Of a stretch of 64,000 nucleotides of DNA, positions 40,105-49,329 are shown piece after piece (within the stretch, counting starts at the first letter, position 1; each line of letters opens with the position of its first letter). The stretch lies in IMG/VR virus record IMGVR_UViG_3300026078_000017, positions 186,001 through 250,000 of that record; one strand, 5' to 3'. Position numbers and translations under genes: made by a program. The notes under the pieces are model-generated. The model saw only the letters and a program-made list of their open reading frames with translations. It did not search any database and had not been told where the DNA came from.

Positions 40105-40821
40105 TCAGCTTCCAAATGAAGTGATATATGTTTCTGCACTTGCAAGTTGAGTAGTCACATCATTTCCATGAAGAATCATAAAAGCTTTAACGTCCATGGT
40201 AGCTGGTAAACCACCAGTAGCTCTGTTGCCAAGACACAAGAGAGCTGTGGTGAAATTGGCAACTAAACATCCAGTTGAACCACCAGACAAGGTTTGTGAT
40301 ACACCATCAATTCTAATATCCGAACAACCTCTAGTATTACTAGTGTCAATAATTTGAGTTATCGTATGCCATTGATTTTGAGGTCCTGCTGCGGACGTTT
40401 CATTATAACCGAATGTTCCACCCGAACCCCATGCACCACCATTTAATTTGTTATTGGCTGCTGTGAAAGATTGTCCAACACCAAAAGTGTTTGGATTTCC
40501 AGAAAATGCATTACCTAGTTCAAGCCAAATTTCAGCAGCAGTATTTGAACCATGTCTAACTCTCCAAATAATAGCAATTTTTGAATCTGACGTAAATGCA
40601 TTAGTTGAAGGTGTTGCAGTTGGATTGCAATTAGCAAATGAAATATAATCCGAAGTTTTGGTTGGTTTTGTGCCAGAGGTTGCAAAACTTAGAACAGATT
40701 TTCTTCCAGTCCAAGCATTTACTGTTCCAGCAGAAACGTCTCCTGCTACCAATAAATCAATGGTATAAGAACCAACTGGATTCCAAGTACTGTGTCCTGT
40801 TGCTAAAATTACGGCTGTCAT
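40105..40821 (-). CDS. LamG/lectin-like protein, putative receptor-binding or fibre-tip protein
   Basis: QWHTITQII...IRIDGV...LCLGNR LamG-like pattern; downstream of the fibre gene; AT-rich. Confidence 0.5.
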   Translation of the reverse strand: MTAVILATGHSTWNPVGSYTIDLLVAGDVSAGTVNAWTGRKSVLSFATSGTKPTKTSDYISFANCNPTATPSTNAFTSDSKIAIIWRVRHGSNTAAEIWLELGNAFSGNPNTFGVGQSFTAANNKLNGGAWGSGGTFGYNETSAAGPQNQWHTITQIIDTSNTRGCSDIRIDGVSQTLSGGSTGCLVANFTTALLCLGNRATGGLPATMDVKAFMILHGNDVTTQLASAETYITSFGS

Positions 40822-40836
40822 CAGCTAGTAAATATA

Positions 40837-42987
40837 TTAGCGGAACCAATTCAAACCATTACGTGAACTGATGGACAACAAACCACAACCAAGAGATCCA
40901 GTATATGGAGTTGACAACATGTTTAGAGTTGTGCCGCCAGAGCAGGAAATGATTGGAAGCGAAGCACTGTGTTCAAGTTGCAACAAAATAATGCCAGCAT
41001 TTCCTGTTGGGAAACTTGCCGTCAAAGAACTGTTGAGTTGGATGACAATTGAACTGCTTAGGGTATAAGCCACAACCTTACCGAAATCGGTTGCCAAGAG
41101 AGTGTCGGTTGAACCTGTTACAACTCTGACGCTTGGAGTATCCACATATTGTTTATTCGTTGCGGCAGATCCTGTTGTAGGAGTCGGAACGATAACTGTG
41201 CTGCTAAAGGATGCCGTGTTTAATCCATAAAAAACACCAGAAACCACAGCATCGCCTCTGAACAAGGACACGTTACCATTTGAGGTGTCTTTTCCACCGA
41301 TATTACCGGAGACTACAAAAAGGATATCCTTTTCATTGATGCCTGCGTTGGCATTGGCAAGTCCTGTAATTTGGATTGCGCTTACACTACCCGCAGACGT
41401 ATTTCCATTTGCATGAAGATTGATCAAGGATCCACTAAATCCAATACCGCCATCACTATTACCATTTATGATGAAGTTTGAAGTGTTGGCTGAAGACGAA
41501 ACCATTTGAATGGTGCCAGACATATACATGTCACAACCAAAGACAGCAACTCTTTGAACAGAGCCGCCCGGAATAGAGTTTACAGTTCCACTAGCAAGAA
41601 AAATATATTTTGGGTTAGGAGTACTGGTAATGTTGTCGCCAATGTTAATGCTTCTGGAAGTGTAGAAGTTTCCAGAAACAAGAGTGTCTCCAGCAAACAC
41701 TGCTATTGAACCAGAACTGTTAACAGTGTTTGCATTCTTTACACCAAGACCACCAGAGACATAAAAGAAAATGTCCTTACCTGGGTAACCTGCTGTACCT
41801 ATAATTGGGTTGCCATTGAAAAATGCCTTGGCAACTAAGTTCTTGTTTGGAAGATCTCCAACGATGAAGAAGGACCCAGACTCAGAAAACCAAGAAGGAC
41901 GGCTTGCACCAAAGTTACTTCCACCAAAAAGAATGTTGCCAGCTTTGCTTACATAAATGCTTCCACTAAAGGCAGAATAACCTGCTTGTAGGGTTATGGT
42001 ACCTCCAGTACCATGACTACCAGTTGTTGTAAGAACAGGACCAGCAGCACCACCAGCAATGAAAATACCACCACCATCACCACCAATTCCACGATAAGCT
42101 GAAGCACCTGATCCGGCAGAAAGTCCAACAGAACCTCCCGCTCCACCACTACCTGTATTTTCTGAAAGTCCAAAACCTTGAGAATCGCCAGCCGTGATGT
42201 TAACGCTACCACCAGTTCCAGAACTTCCGGTTAAGACATTTGCAAAACCGCCAAAGCCTGCCAGAATAACAACTGTTCCACCACCTCCAGCAGAAGTATT
42301 TTCAATGTTCGCATCACCACCAGCACCTCCTTCAACGAAGGATGATCCACCACTTCCAGCAACCGTTCCTGCTTGAATGGTTGATCCGCCAACACCAGCA
42401 AATAATTGAATGGTACCTCCACCAAGTCCACCGACGGTATTTATGCCAGCATTTCCGCCTTGCAAAATGAGATCACCACCACCACCTGAAACAACAGCAG
42501 TGCCTGCAACAATTTGCATAGAACGTCCTGCTTGAGGAAATCCTGTTGCGTCATTCATGCCCTCAACAGTAATCGTTCGTGGTGTGGTGCTGCCAGCTTC
42601 TACCTTAAAGACAACATCGGACTTGTAGAGTTCAACAGAACCGGTGGTGTAGATAACGTTTGAGGAAGTAGAGAACCAATAACTTGTTCCGCCTCCACCA
42701 GTTCCACCAATTGTGAGATTTCCAGACACATGAAGATCACCACCGAACACAGAAATGGCATGAGTGTTGGCTGTTCCTTTTTGACCAACACCACCTGAGA
42801 CATACAAGAAGACATCTGTACCAATGGAACTTGTACCAAACACTGCCGCATTTATGTTGCCGATGTTTGGAGTCGAAGGATTATCGGCTGCAATCGGATA
42901 AAACAAAAGGGAAGCACCAGTTCCAGTTGAACCTGAACTGATGAACTTCGCACCTCTAAGTTGACTTGCTCTAAAATCTAGTGTCAA
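40837..42987 (-). CDS. Glycine-rich tail fibre-like protein (716 aa)
   Basis: G-rich GG.GG.V.I.AG repeats, four F.VSG...F.GD..VSG repeats, AATNKQYVD fibre motif. Confidence 0.65.
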   Translation of the reverse strand: MTLDFRASQLRGAKFISSGSTGTGASLLFYPIAADNPSTPNIGNINAAVFGTSSIGTDVFLYVSGGVGQKGTANTHAISVFGGDLHVSGNLTIGGTGGGGTSYWFSTSSNVIYTTGSVELYKSDVVFKVEAGSTTPRTITVEGMNDATGFPQAGRSMQIVAGTAVVSGGGGDLILQGGNAGINTVGGLGGGTIQLFAGVGGSTIQAGTVAGSGGSSFVEGGAGGDANIENTSAGGGGTVVILAGFGGFANVLTGSSGTGGSVNITAGDSQGFGLSENTGSGGAGGSVGLSAGSGASAYRGIGGDGGGIFIAGGAAGPVLTTTGSHGTGGTITLQAGYSAFSGSIYVSKAGNILFGGSNFGASRPSWFSESGSFFIVGDLPNKNLVAKAFFNGNPIIGTAGYPGKDIFFYVSGGLGVKNANTVNSSGSIAVFAGDTLVSGNFYTSRSINIGDNITSTPNPKYIFLASGTVNSIPGGSVQRVAVFGCDMYMSGTIQMVSSSANTSNFIINGNSDGGIGFSGSLINLHANGNTSAGSVSAIQITGLANANAGINEKDILFVVSGNIGGKDTSNGNVSLFRGDAVVSGVFYGLNTASFSSTVIVPTPTTGSAATNKQYVDTPSVRVVTGSTDTLLATDFGKVVAYTLSSSIVIQLNSSLTASFPTGNAGIILLQLEHSASLPIISCSGGTTLNMLSTPYTGSLGCGLLSISSRNGLNWFR

Positions 42988-43145
42988 AATTGCACCTTAT
43001 ATTTCCATTGAAGTTTGCCTGCGGTCTTATTTCTGCCACTTGAGCATTCACTAATTGTTGTACGTTTAATTGAGGTTTTTTCAGAAGAACCAACATACAA
43101 CTTTCCATTATATCTGTTTTTGATGATGTAAATGCCTAGTGTCAT
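42984..43145 (-). pseudogene. Internally deleted GIY-YIG homing endonuclease remnant (GIY-YIG N-terminus joined in frame to a NUMOD1 C-terminus; 53 aa)
   Basis: Manual translation: MTLGIYIIKNRYNGKLYVGSSEKTSIKRTTISECSSGRNKTAGKLQWKYKVQF*; below the ORF-track cutoff. Confidence 0.75.
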
Positions 43146-43179
43146 TGTGGTTTATCCTGAGTTCTAAATATCTCAATTG

Positions 43180-43914
43180 TTAATAAAATGCGATGAAATC
43201 AATGGTGGTGTTTGTTGGTGCAGAGATTTCAACAGTTTCAGAGTTGCTTGAGGAAGTCTGATGACTAAAGGCAACGTCTGCACTTCCATCATTTATACCA
43301 ACGTTTGCCCAGGCAGTGTCATAGTAGAACTTTGGAAGACCCGGTAGGGTCGCGAAGGATGCCGTGTAAAAGCTTTTCCCACCAGGAGCGACAGAACCTG
43401 CCGAGGCTGTAATGGATGCCGTATAGGCGCTTGTAGCGACCGCAGGATAGGTTGGAGAGTAGATGGCTCTCCAACGAATACTTCCCGAGAATGGTGCCGA
43501 GAAGTCAAATGTAAATCCTGTGGTTGTTATGTTTCCACCATAAAGATTTAGGTTTCCGCCATAAATCGATGCAGATTCAACAGAAAGGACCACATATGGT
43601 TGATGACTGAAGGTAAAACCAAAGGAACCTGTACCAGAAGTTCCAAGACTTGGAAGTGTGAAAATACCTTCAGAGTACTCTGCCGTGGCAAAAGCAAAAC
43701 TGCTGGTGATAATAACCTGAGATCCTGAGTTGACACCGTTGATTATAAAGAAATCTCGATGACGTAGGGTTTTGTTTAAGTCTAGGGAGTAGGTGACCTG
43801 CGTTTGAGGGTCAACAATACTAACGACCTGAGGTTTGTTGTTGTGGTAGCCATAAACCTTTCTCCAAAGGTTTCGGGCATTACCACCATATTTGTTATTC
43901 TGGTCGTTGCTCAT
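43180..43914 (-). CDS. Virion/fibre protein with tandem H-type lectin-like beta domains
   Basis: F..QPYVVLS...ITTTGF...IRWRAI pattern plus a degenerate second copy; S/T-rich. Confidence 0.45.
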   Translation of the reverse strand: MSNDQNNKYGGNARNLWRKVYGYHNNKPQVVSIVDPQTQVTYSLDLNKTLRHRDFFIINGVNSGSQVIITSSFAFATAEYSEGIFTLPSLGTSGTGSFGFTFSHQPYVVLSVESASIYGGNLNLYGGNITTTGFTFDFSAPFSGSIRWRAIYSPTYPAVATSAYTASITASAGSVAPGGKSFYTASFATLPGLPKFYYDTAWANVGINDGSADVAFSHQTSSSNSETVEISAPTNTTIDFIAFY

Positions 43915-43952
43915 GAGGGTAAATAGGATTTACCCTCCTAAACACACCCGAC

Positions 43953-45311
43953 TCAAAGAATCTTAGCAGCCAAGGTTGCCAACTCAGAACGTTCACCCTT
44001 TGTAAGTGTGACGTGACCTGAGATCTGTTCTTTTTTGAACTTCTCAATAGCCACCGTCAAACCGTTAGAAAGACTGTCCACGTAGGTGTTGTCGATCTGC
44101 TCAATGTCACCTGTGAGAACGATCTTGGTGTTTTCGCCAACTCTCGTAAGAATCGTCTTCAACTCATGGGCATTGAGGTTCTGAGCTTCATCGATAATCA
44201 TGAAAGCATTGGAGATACTTCTGCCACGAATGAAGGTCATTGCCTCAACTTCAATCGTACCTTCCTCGAAGTACATGTTCAAGGTCTCTTCAATGTTTCT
44301 GGATTTTTTACCAGAAGCACTCAACAAGAAACGCAAGTTGTCCTTGATAGGAGCAACCCATGGTTCCATTTTCTCTTCAATGGTACCTGGAAGGAAACCA
44401 ATGTCTTTACCCATTGGCTGAACTGGACGACAAACCACAAGACTCTTGTACTTCTTCTTTTCAAGAACAAGCTCCAAGCCTGCTGCGATTGACAACAAGG
44501 TTTTACCACAACCAGCCAAGCCTGCAAGAGTTACGAGTTTGACATCTGGGTCAAGAAGCAACTGAAGGGCGAATCTCTGTTCTTTGTTCTTTGCTTCCAA
44601 CTTACCAAGTTTCATTACATCATCTACCAAGTAGAGAGGTTCATCCTTGGAAACGAAACGTACAAGTCCAATAGACTCTTCATCAGACTCCGTGTCTTCT
44701 AAAACAAGGAACTGATTTGGAAGCAAGCCCCACTCATCTACCTTACCTGGGTGGATTTCAAGACACTTATCAGCGTAAAGTTTGTCAATGTCAAAATCTC
44801 CCTTAAGAGTCTTGACACCCGAGTACAAACTAGAAACTGATGTGGTTGCTTGAGCCTTTTTATAGTCTTCACACTCAAGACCAAGAATATCTGCCTTGAG
44901 TCTAAGGAGTGTGTCTCTTGTTACCAAAACAAGTTTTTCCTCTGTCTTAGCAGCGACGATTGTCTGACACAAGGTAAGGATGGAGTTGTCTCCAGACTGT
45001 TTGCCTGCAAGTTCGACTGGGAGAGCTTGTGGAGCTGCATTCACAATGTCATCAACAGACAAGATTCTAAGGGTGCCACCATTATTGAGAGCAATGCCGG
45101 TTTTAAGTGCCTTGTCATTTTTGGTAATATCTGCCAACTTACGAACAGTCTCACGGGCATTTCTACCAACTTCGTCTTGACGGTCCTTGTGACGATCGAG
45201 TTCCTCAATAACAATCAAAGGCAAAATGACGTAATTGTCTTCAAATGAAAAAAGTGCTTCTGGATCGGAAAGTAGAACGTTCGTGTCAATAACAAAAGTT
45301 TTCTTGGCCAT
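43953..45311 (-). CDS. phoH: PIN-PhoH (PhoH2/YlaK-type) ATPase
   Basis: N-terminal PIN (VIDTNVLL, EELD, D..IL, VTRD..LR.KA); Walker A GLAGCGKT; RGRS; IIDEAQN; LTRVGENTKIVLTGDIEQID; ERSELA. Confidence 0.93.
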   Translation of the reverse strand: MAKKTFVIDTNVLLSDPEALFSFEDNYVILPLIVIEELDRHKDRQDEVGRNARETVRKLADITKNDKALKTGIALNNGGTLRILSVDDIVNAAPQALPVELAGKQSGDNSILTLCQTIVAAKTEEKLVLVTRDTLLRLKADILGLECEDYKKAQATTSVSSLYSGVKTLKGDFDIDKLYADKCLEIHPGKVDEWGLLPNQFLVLEDTESDEESIGLVRFVSKDEPLYLVDDVMKLGKLEAKNKEQRFALQLLLDPDVKLVTLAGLAGCGKTLLSIAAGLELVLEKKKYKSLVVCRPVQPMGKDIGFLPGTIEEKMEPWVAPIKDNLRFLLSASGKKSRNIEETLNMYFEEGTIEVEAMTFIRGRSISNAFMIIDEAQNLNAHELKTILTRVGENTKIVLTGDIEQIDNTYVDSLSNGLTVAIEKFKKEQISGHVTLTKGERSELATLAAKIL

Positions 45312-45376
45312 TTAAATACACTTATCCCTTCGTACCAAAGAGGTACTAGATACACGGTCACCACTCACTCAACCAG

Positions 45377-45613
45377 CTACTCAGACTTAGGTTTTCTTTT
45401 CACTTTTGCGCTTTTGTCATCCGCATTATTTGCTTCAATGTCAATAAGTTGCGTAGGTTCACTAAAGTGCACAAGTGCATTTTTATGAACTTTCTCTTCG
45501 GTTGTATCACTAATGGGTTTTGTTTTCTCAACAAATGTTCCACTTGGGCCAACTTCGACATTGAGCGGATCTAAGCCTCTTATAAGAAGGTCACGTTTTA
45601 TCGTTCCTAGCAT
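45377..45613 (-). CDS. Hypothetical protein (78 aa)
   Basis: ATG preceded by TATTTAAGGAC. Confidence 0.55.
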   Translation of the reverse strand: MLGTIKRDLLIRGLDPLNVEVGPSGTFVEKTKPISDTTEEKVHKNALVHFSEPTQLIDIEANNADDKSAKVKRKPKSE

Positions 45614-45629
45614 GTCCTTAAATAGAGCC

Positions 45630-46154
45630 TCAACCTACAAAAAGATCCCACAAGAACTTACCAATTGCTGATAATAGGCCAGTTAGGACAAAACCGCCAA
45701 ACCACCAAGCACCCTTGCTAAGTTTGACTGCCTTCTGCAAATCCTTGTTGTCTTCTCCAGCAACCTTTTGGATTTGTTTAATCTTGCTGTCTGTGTCGTC
45801 AGTTCTCTTTTCAACCGAGGAAACTCTAATGTGCATCTTTTCATCAAAGTTAGAAAGGGCATCTACCTTATTGGTAAGGTTTGCAATCATTCCTTCAGAC
45901 TTGTGAAGCTTGGAGTAAATGCCATCTTCAGGGTCATAGAGACGATCAAGCTTTTCCTCAATGCGGCTGTCGTTCTGTTTGTGAGATTCAAAGTCGACGT
46001 TCAACTTGGCTTGCATACTCTTGATTTGAGACACCTCAGCCTCAAGTCTATCAAAGCCTCCGTTTAACACTTTGGCCGATCCAATCTTCTGATTGATTTG
46101 AGTTAGAAGTGCCTTGATTTGCTGGTCGTTTTCGTTGTCGTCAATTTTGGCCAT
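45630..46154 (-). CDS. Coiled-coil protein with C-terminal membrane anchor
   Basis: Long heptad region ending in AWWFGGFVLTGLLSAIGKFLW. Confidence 0.55.
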   Translation of the reverse strand: MAKIDDNENDQQIKALLTQINQKIGSAKVLNGGFDRLEAEVSQIKSMQAKLNVDFESHKQNDSRIEEKLDRLYDPEDGIYSKLHKSEGMIANLTNKVDALSNFDEKMHIRVSSVEKRTDDTDSKIKQIQKVAGEDNKDLQKAVKLSKGAWWFGGFVLTGLLSAIGKFLWDLFVG

Positions 46155-46208
46155 TACATCCCCCAAGTGAATACAACGATAAATATAAACAACAGACTGA
46201 TAAATAAG

Positions 46209-47612
46209 ATGACATCAACAACAACCTTCGTTGACAGAGAAGACTATCAGAAACAAATTCGCCTGTTATCTGAGGAGATTTTAACCAAATACAATGGAAT
46301 TTCTTCACTTTTAACAGAGGACTTGACCGCACTAGATTCTAATACTCTCCATCTTATTGGTAAAGTTTTACGCTCGAATTCACCTCTGGGGGTGAGTTTT
46401 TGTAAGCTCCTTGGTAACTCTTTGTTACAGGCTGAGTCACTAGCTGGCAACTCTGCCAACATTGGACTCATCTATTGCCTGAGCCTCCTTAAGAACGTTT
46501 TGGCATCAGATACCCTAAAAGGCATGTCAGATGTTGCACTTCTGTCTCAATATGAGACAATTCTCCTCAAGCTAAAAGAAGCCATCGAAAACAGCTATCA
46601 AGTTCCTAACTTGGAAGACCTGGAGCAGATTATCGAAAAGGTGTGTGAGGATCGTCTGTTGGCACAGGTTGTCGTTGGAGCAATGAAGGTTGCCGGACTT
46701 CAAGGAAAGATCTACTTTGAAAACGGCAGACAGCACAACTTTGTCGTAGAACGTAGAACTGGGTACAACTTCAAAACAAAACCCTACAAGTTCTTCTTGG
46801 ACTCAAGTGGAGTCTGGGAAAGACAGAATGTAAGGGTTCTGTTGATTGATGGTGTTCTTGAGCAGGTATCTGAGATTGATCAGATTTTGAATGCCGCTCT
46901 TACAAACAAACAGTCAGGTATGATTGTGTGCAGAGGTTTCTCTGAAGAAGTTATTGCCACTCTCAAGGCCAACTTTGACAGAGGACTAATCGACGTCATG
47001 CCCGTCAGAATCAACTCTGACCTGGAGTCCATTAATATTCTCAATGACATGGCAAGTGTGTGCGGCTGTGATATTGTTTCTTCCCTTAAGGGCGATTTGA
47101 TTTCTTGTGTAAAGTGGGATAGTCTTCCTGTTATCAACAAGGTTAGATGTCTTCTTGACAAGACAACCATTGAGGAAGAGAAAACCAGAAATAGTGTCAA
47201 TGCCCAAATCAAACACTTGTTGGCTAAAAGATTTGACAACCAAAACTTGGAAGACGTTGTGAACCTGATTGACGAGAGAATCAAGGCTCTAACCTCTGAG
47301 TCTGTTATTGTTAGACTTCCAGTTATGACCCATCTTCAAAACCAAACAGCAAAAGGGAAGTTCGATACTTCCCTTCGTACAGTCAAGGCAGTTTTGAATA
47401 ATGGCCTAATGACCTTTGGTGACCTGAGAAACAATTTTAAACCAAATAATACTCCACTCGACAGAGCAGTACTTCAAAGCCTAGAAGAAACCCTAAAACA
47501 TTTTGAGAATGTCAAGGTTTCTTCCTTGTCAGCTTACTTGGCCTTCAATGTTTGTGGTAAACAAACGTTGATGATTGCCTCAACTAACGGTGCTATTGTT
47601 GAGGAGGACTGA
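46209..47612 (+). CDS. GroEL/Cpn60-like chaperonin with degenerate ATP-binding motifs
   Basis: G..F apical entry, LLIDG.L..VSEI..IL, IVCRGFSEEVIATL.AN..RG, LNDMA..CG, ERI..L, C-terminal LMIASTNGAIVE; GDGTTT replaced by GNSANI. Confidence 0.75.
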   Translation: MTSTTTFVDREDYQKQIRLLSEEILTKYNGISSLLTEDLTALDSNTLHLIGKVLRSNSPLGVSFCKLLGNSLLQAESLAGNSANIGLIYCLSLLKNVLASDTLKGMSDVALLSQYETILLKLKEAIENSYQVPNLEDLEQIIEKVCEDRLLAQVVVGAMKVAGLQGKIYFENGRQHNFVVERRTGYNFKTKPYKFFLDSSGVWERQNVRVLLIDGVLEQVSEIDQILNAALTNKQSGMIVCRGFSEEVIATLKANFDRGLIDVMPVRINSDLESINILNDMASVCGCDIVSSLKGDLISCVKWDSLPVINKVRCLLDKTTIEEEKTRNSVNAQIKHLLAKRFDNQNLEDVVNLIDERIKALTSESVIVRLPVMTHLQNQTAKGKFDTSLRTVKAVLNNGLMTFGDLRNNFKPNNTPLDRAVLQSLEETLKHFENVKVSSLSAYLAFNVCGKQTLMIASTNGAIVEED

Positions 47613-49272
47613 TCTTCCAACCAGCCTTTAGAAGTGCACTGAGAACTTGCTTGTTGTTTTGGATTGGACCACCAGCAATCTGTGTAACCTTCGCAGCCAT
47701 GTCATCGACGTTTGGAGCGTTTGGCTGACCTGGAGGAGTTTGTTGCTGTCCTGCTTGTGGAGTAGGACTTGCTGTGTTTTGTTGATTTGTCTGTTGAACT
47801 TGGGATGCTCCATTTGGCGGTGGAGGTGCCGCACCCGCTGTTCTCTGAGCCTGATTAGAAGGCTGAGAGCTTTGGGTTGGAGCTGCCTGTCCCGCTGGAG
47901 TTGTACCAGAAGCCTGTTGGGTTCCTTGGGATGCGTTTTGACCTGGGGTGATCGGGTGACCTCCCTTGTCCATGCCTGGAGGAAGTTTTAGACCATTGAG
48001 CCTGGTGAAGAAGTTCTCAAGGTGTTGAACTGTTGCCTGGTCATTTGCAGCAGTTCCTTGTTTCAAGACATTTATCAAGTCTGTCGTGATGGCTTCTGGA
48101 CGAAGAGCAGGATCAGTTGTGCCGGACTTAAAGAAGTTAGAAATTCTCTTGAATAGATTTTGACCAACACCCTTGTTGATGAGAGCTTCCAGTTGTTGAA
48201 GTTCTTGATCATTTAGTGGTCTGTTATCAGGCAGCAACTGATTGATTTTTGGCCAAAGTTCAGCAAGCTTCTCGAAGTAGTTGTAGACGATGTTTGCAGT
48301 TGCAGCCACACCCTTGATAGATGGATCAAGGAAGTTCTTTTTGCCTGAGGCAGCAGCCAAGGCTTGACCACGAAGCTTTTCGAGAGCAGCACCAGTTGCC
48401 TGGAGTTCTGGAAATTGCTTGATGATGGTAGAAATCTTCTGGAGTCCCTGATTGACTCTTTGAAGCTGCATAGCAGGATCTTCGCCTGCTTCCTTGAGGA
48501 AGGCTTCTTCCTCTTCTGTCAGAACATCGCCTCCCTCAGGTGCTTTTGGGTTTGTGCCTGTCGCTGCCTCCATCGCAGGAGCTGCCATTGGAGCTGCTTC
48601 TGCCTTTTCTGGAGTAGCTACAAGCGGAACCTTGTCAACAGACATAAGTTGCTTGAAGTCTCCGGCACTCAGGTTCAAAAGTTCATCTGCGATTTTCTCA
48701 TAGTCCAAGGTTGGAAGTTCCATGGACTTGTACATCCTCTTGAGGATTTCTTGGACTTCATGACCTGGAACCAAGGCATGAAGAATCGCCTTCTTCATTC
48801 TTTCAGCCTCTGCAAGATCCTTGAGAGGTGTGGTTGGGTTCTCGATAGCCTTTCTGAAAATAGGGAACTCCAACATGGACTTCATGTCTCTGTTGAAGAA
48901 CCTCGAAAGGTTGTTGTAAAGCAAGGACATGTACTTTACCATGTAGGTTGCTGGTTCCTTGATTGACTCTTTTTCCTCATCTGTCAAACGAAGACGACCA
49001 TCCGCACGGGTGATCTTCTCGCCCATGGTAATACGGTTCATGAGTTCAACAGCATCGTCAAGGCTTTTCTTGACTTCTGGAACTCTTGCTGCAAACGGAG
49101 CAAATACTGAGTCAAACTTCGAAATTGAACTCTGGAGTCTCTGGAGCGCCTCACGATTAAAAGTCTCGTTGAGCAACAAAACGTTTTCCATTACCCAAGA
49201 AACAGCGGCTTCGTTTATCGCTTTATTCTTTTGGACTTTAAACTTGCCATACTCTTCTCTAAGTGTTACCAT
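47593..49272 (-). CDS. Helical protein with Q/P/A-rich tail, possible internal head protein
   Basis: 559-aa ORF with upstream TATTTA motif and several [LI]xE motifs. Confidence 0.55.
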   Translation of the reverse strand: MVTLREEYGKFKVQKNKAINEAAVSWVMENVLLLNETFNREALQRLQSSISKFDSVFAPFAARVPEVKKSLDDAVELMNRITMGEKITRADGRLRLTDEEKESIKEPATYMVKYMSLLYNNLSRFFNRDMKSMLEFPIFRKAIENPTTPLKDLAEAERMKKAILHALVPGHEVQEILKRMYKSMELPTLDYEKIADELLNLSAGDFKQLMSVDKVPLVATPEKAEAAPMAAPAMEAATGTNPKAPEGGDVLTEEEEAFLKEAGEDPAMQLQRVNQGLQKISTIIKQFPELQATGAALEKLRGQALAAASGKKNFLDPSIKGVAATANIVYNYFEKLAELWPKINQLLPDNRPLNDQELQQLEALINKGVGQNLFKRISNFFKSGTTDPALRPEAITTDLINVLKQGTAANDQATVQHLENFFTRLNGLKLPPGMDKGGHPITPGQNASQGTQQASGTTPAGQAAPTQSSQPSNQAQRTAGAAPPPPNGASQVQQTNQQNTASPTPQAGQQQTPPGQPNAPNVDDMAAKVTQIAGGPIQNNKQVLSALLKAGWKISPPQQ

Positions 49273-49329
49273 GAGATTTCCTCTTGAAAGTGCATCTAAG
49301 CATAAGTAAATAGGTAAGAATACCCCAAT

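Noticed and set aside
42984-43145. Group I intron hosting the GIY-YIG remnant
   Set aside because: The remnant lies between two complete ORFs rather than interrupting one, and there is no room for a ribozyme core.
45630-46154. Holin or spanin call for the TM coiled-coil proteins (also 20850..21233)
   Set aside because: Topology is compatible but no endolysin or o-spanin partner is in the window.
254-47991. Many plus-strand ORFs in the track (e.g. 3109..3597, 9870..10325, 14595..15200, 38005..38838)
   Set aside because: They are antisense shadows of long minus-strand genes with recognisable motifs and have none of their own.
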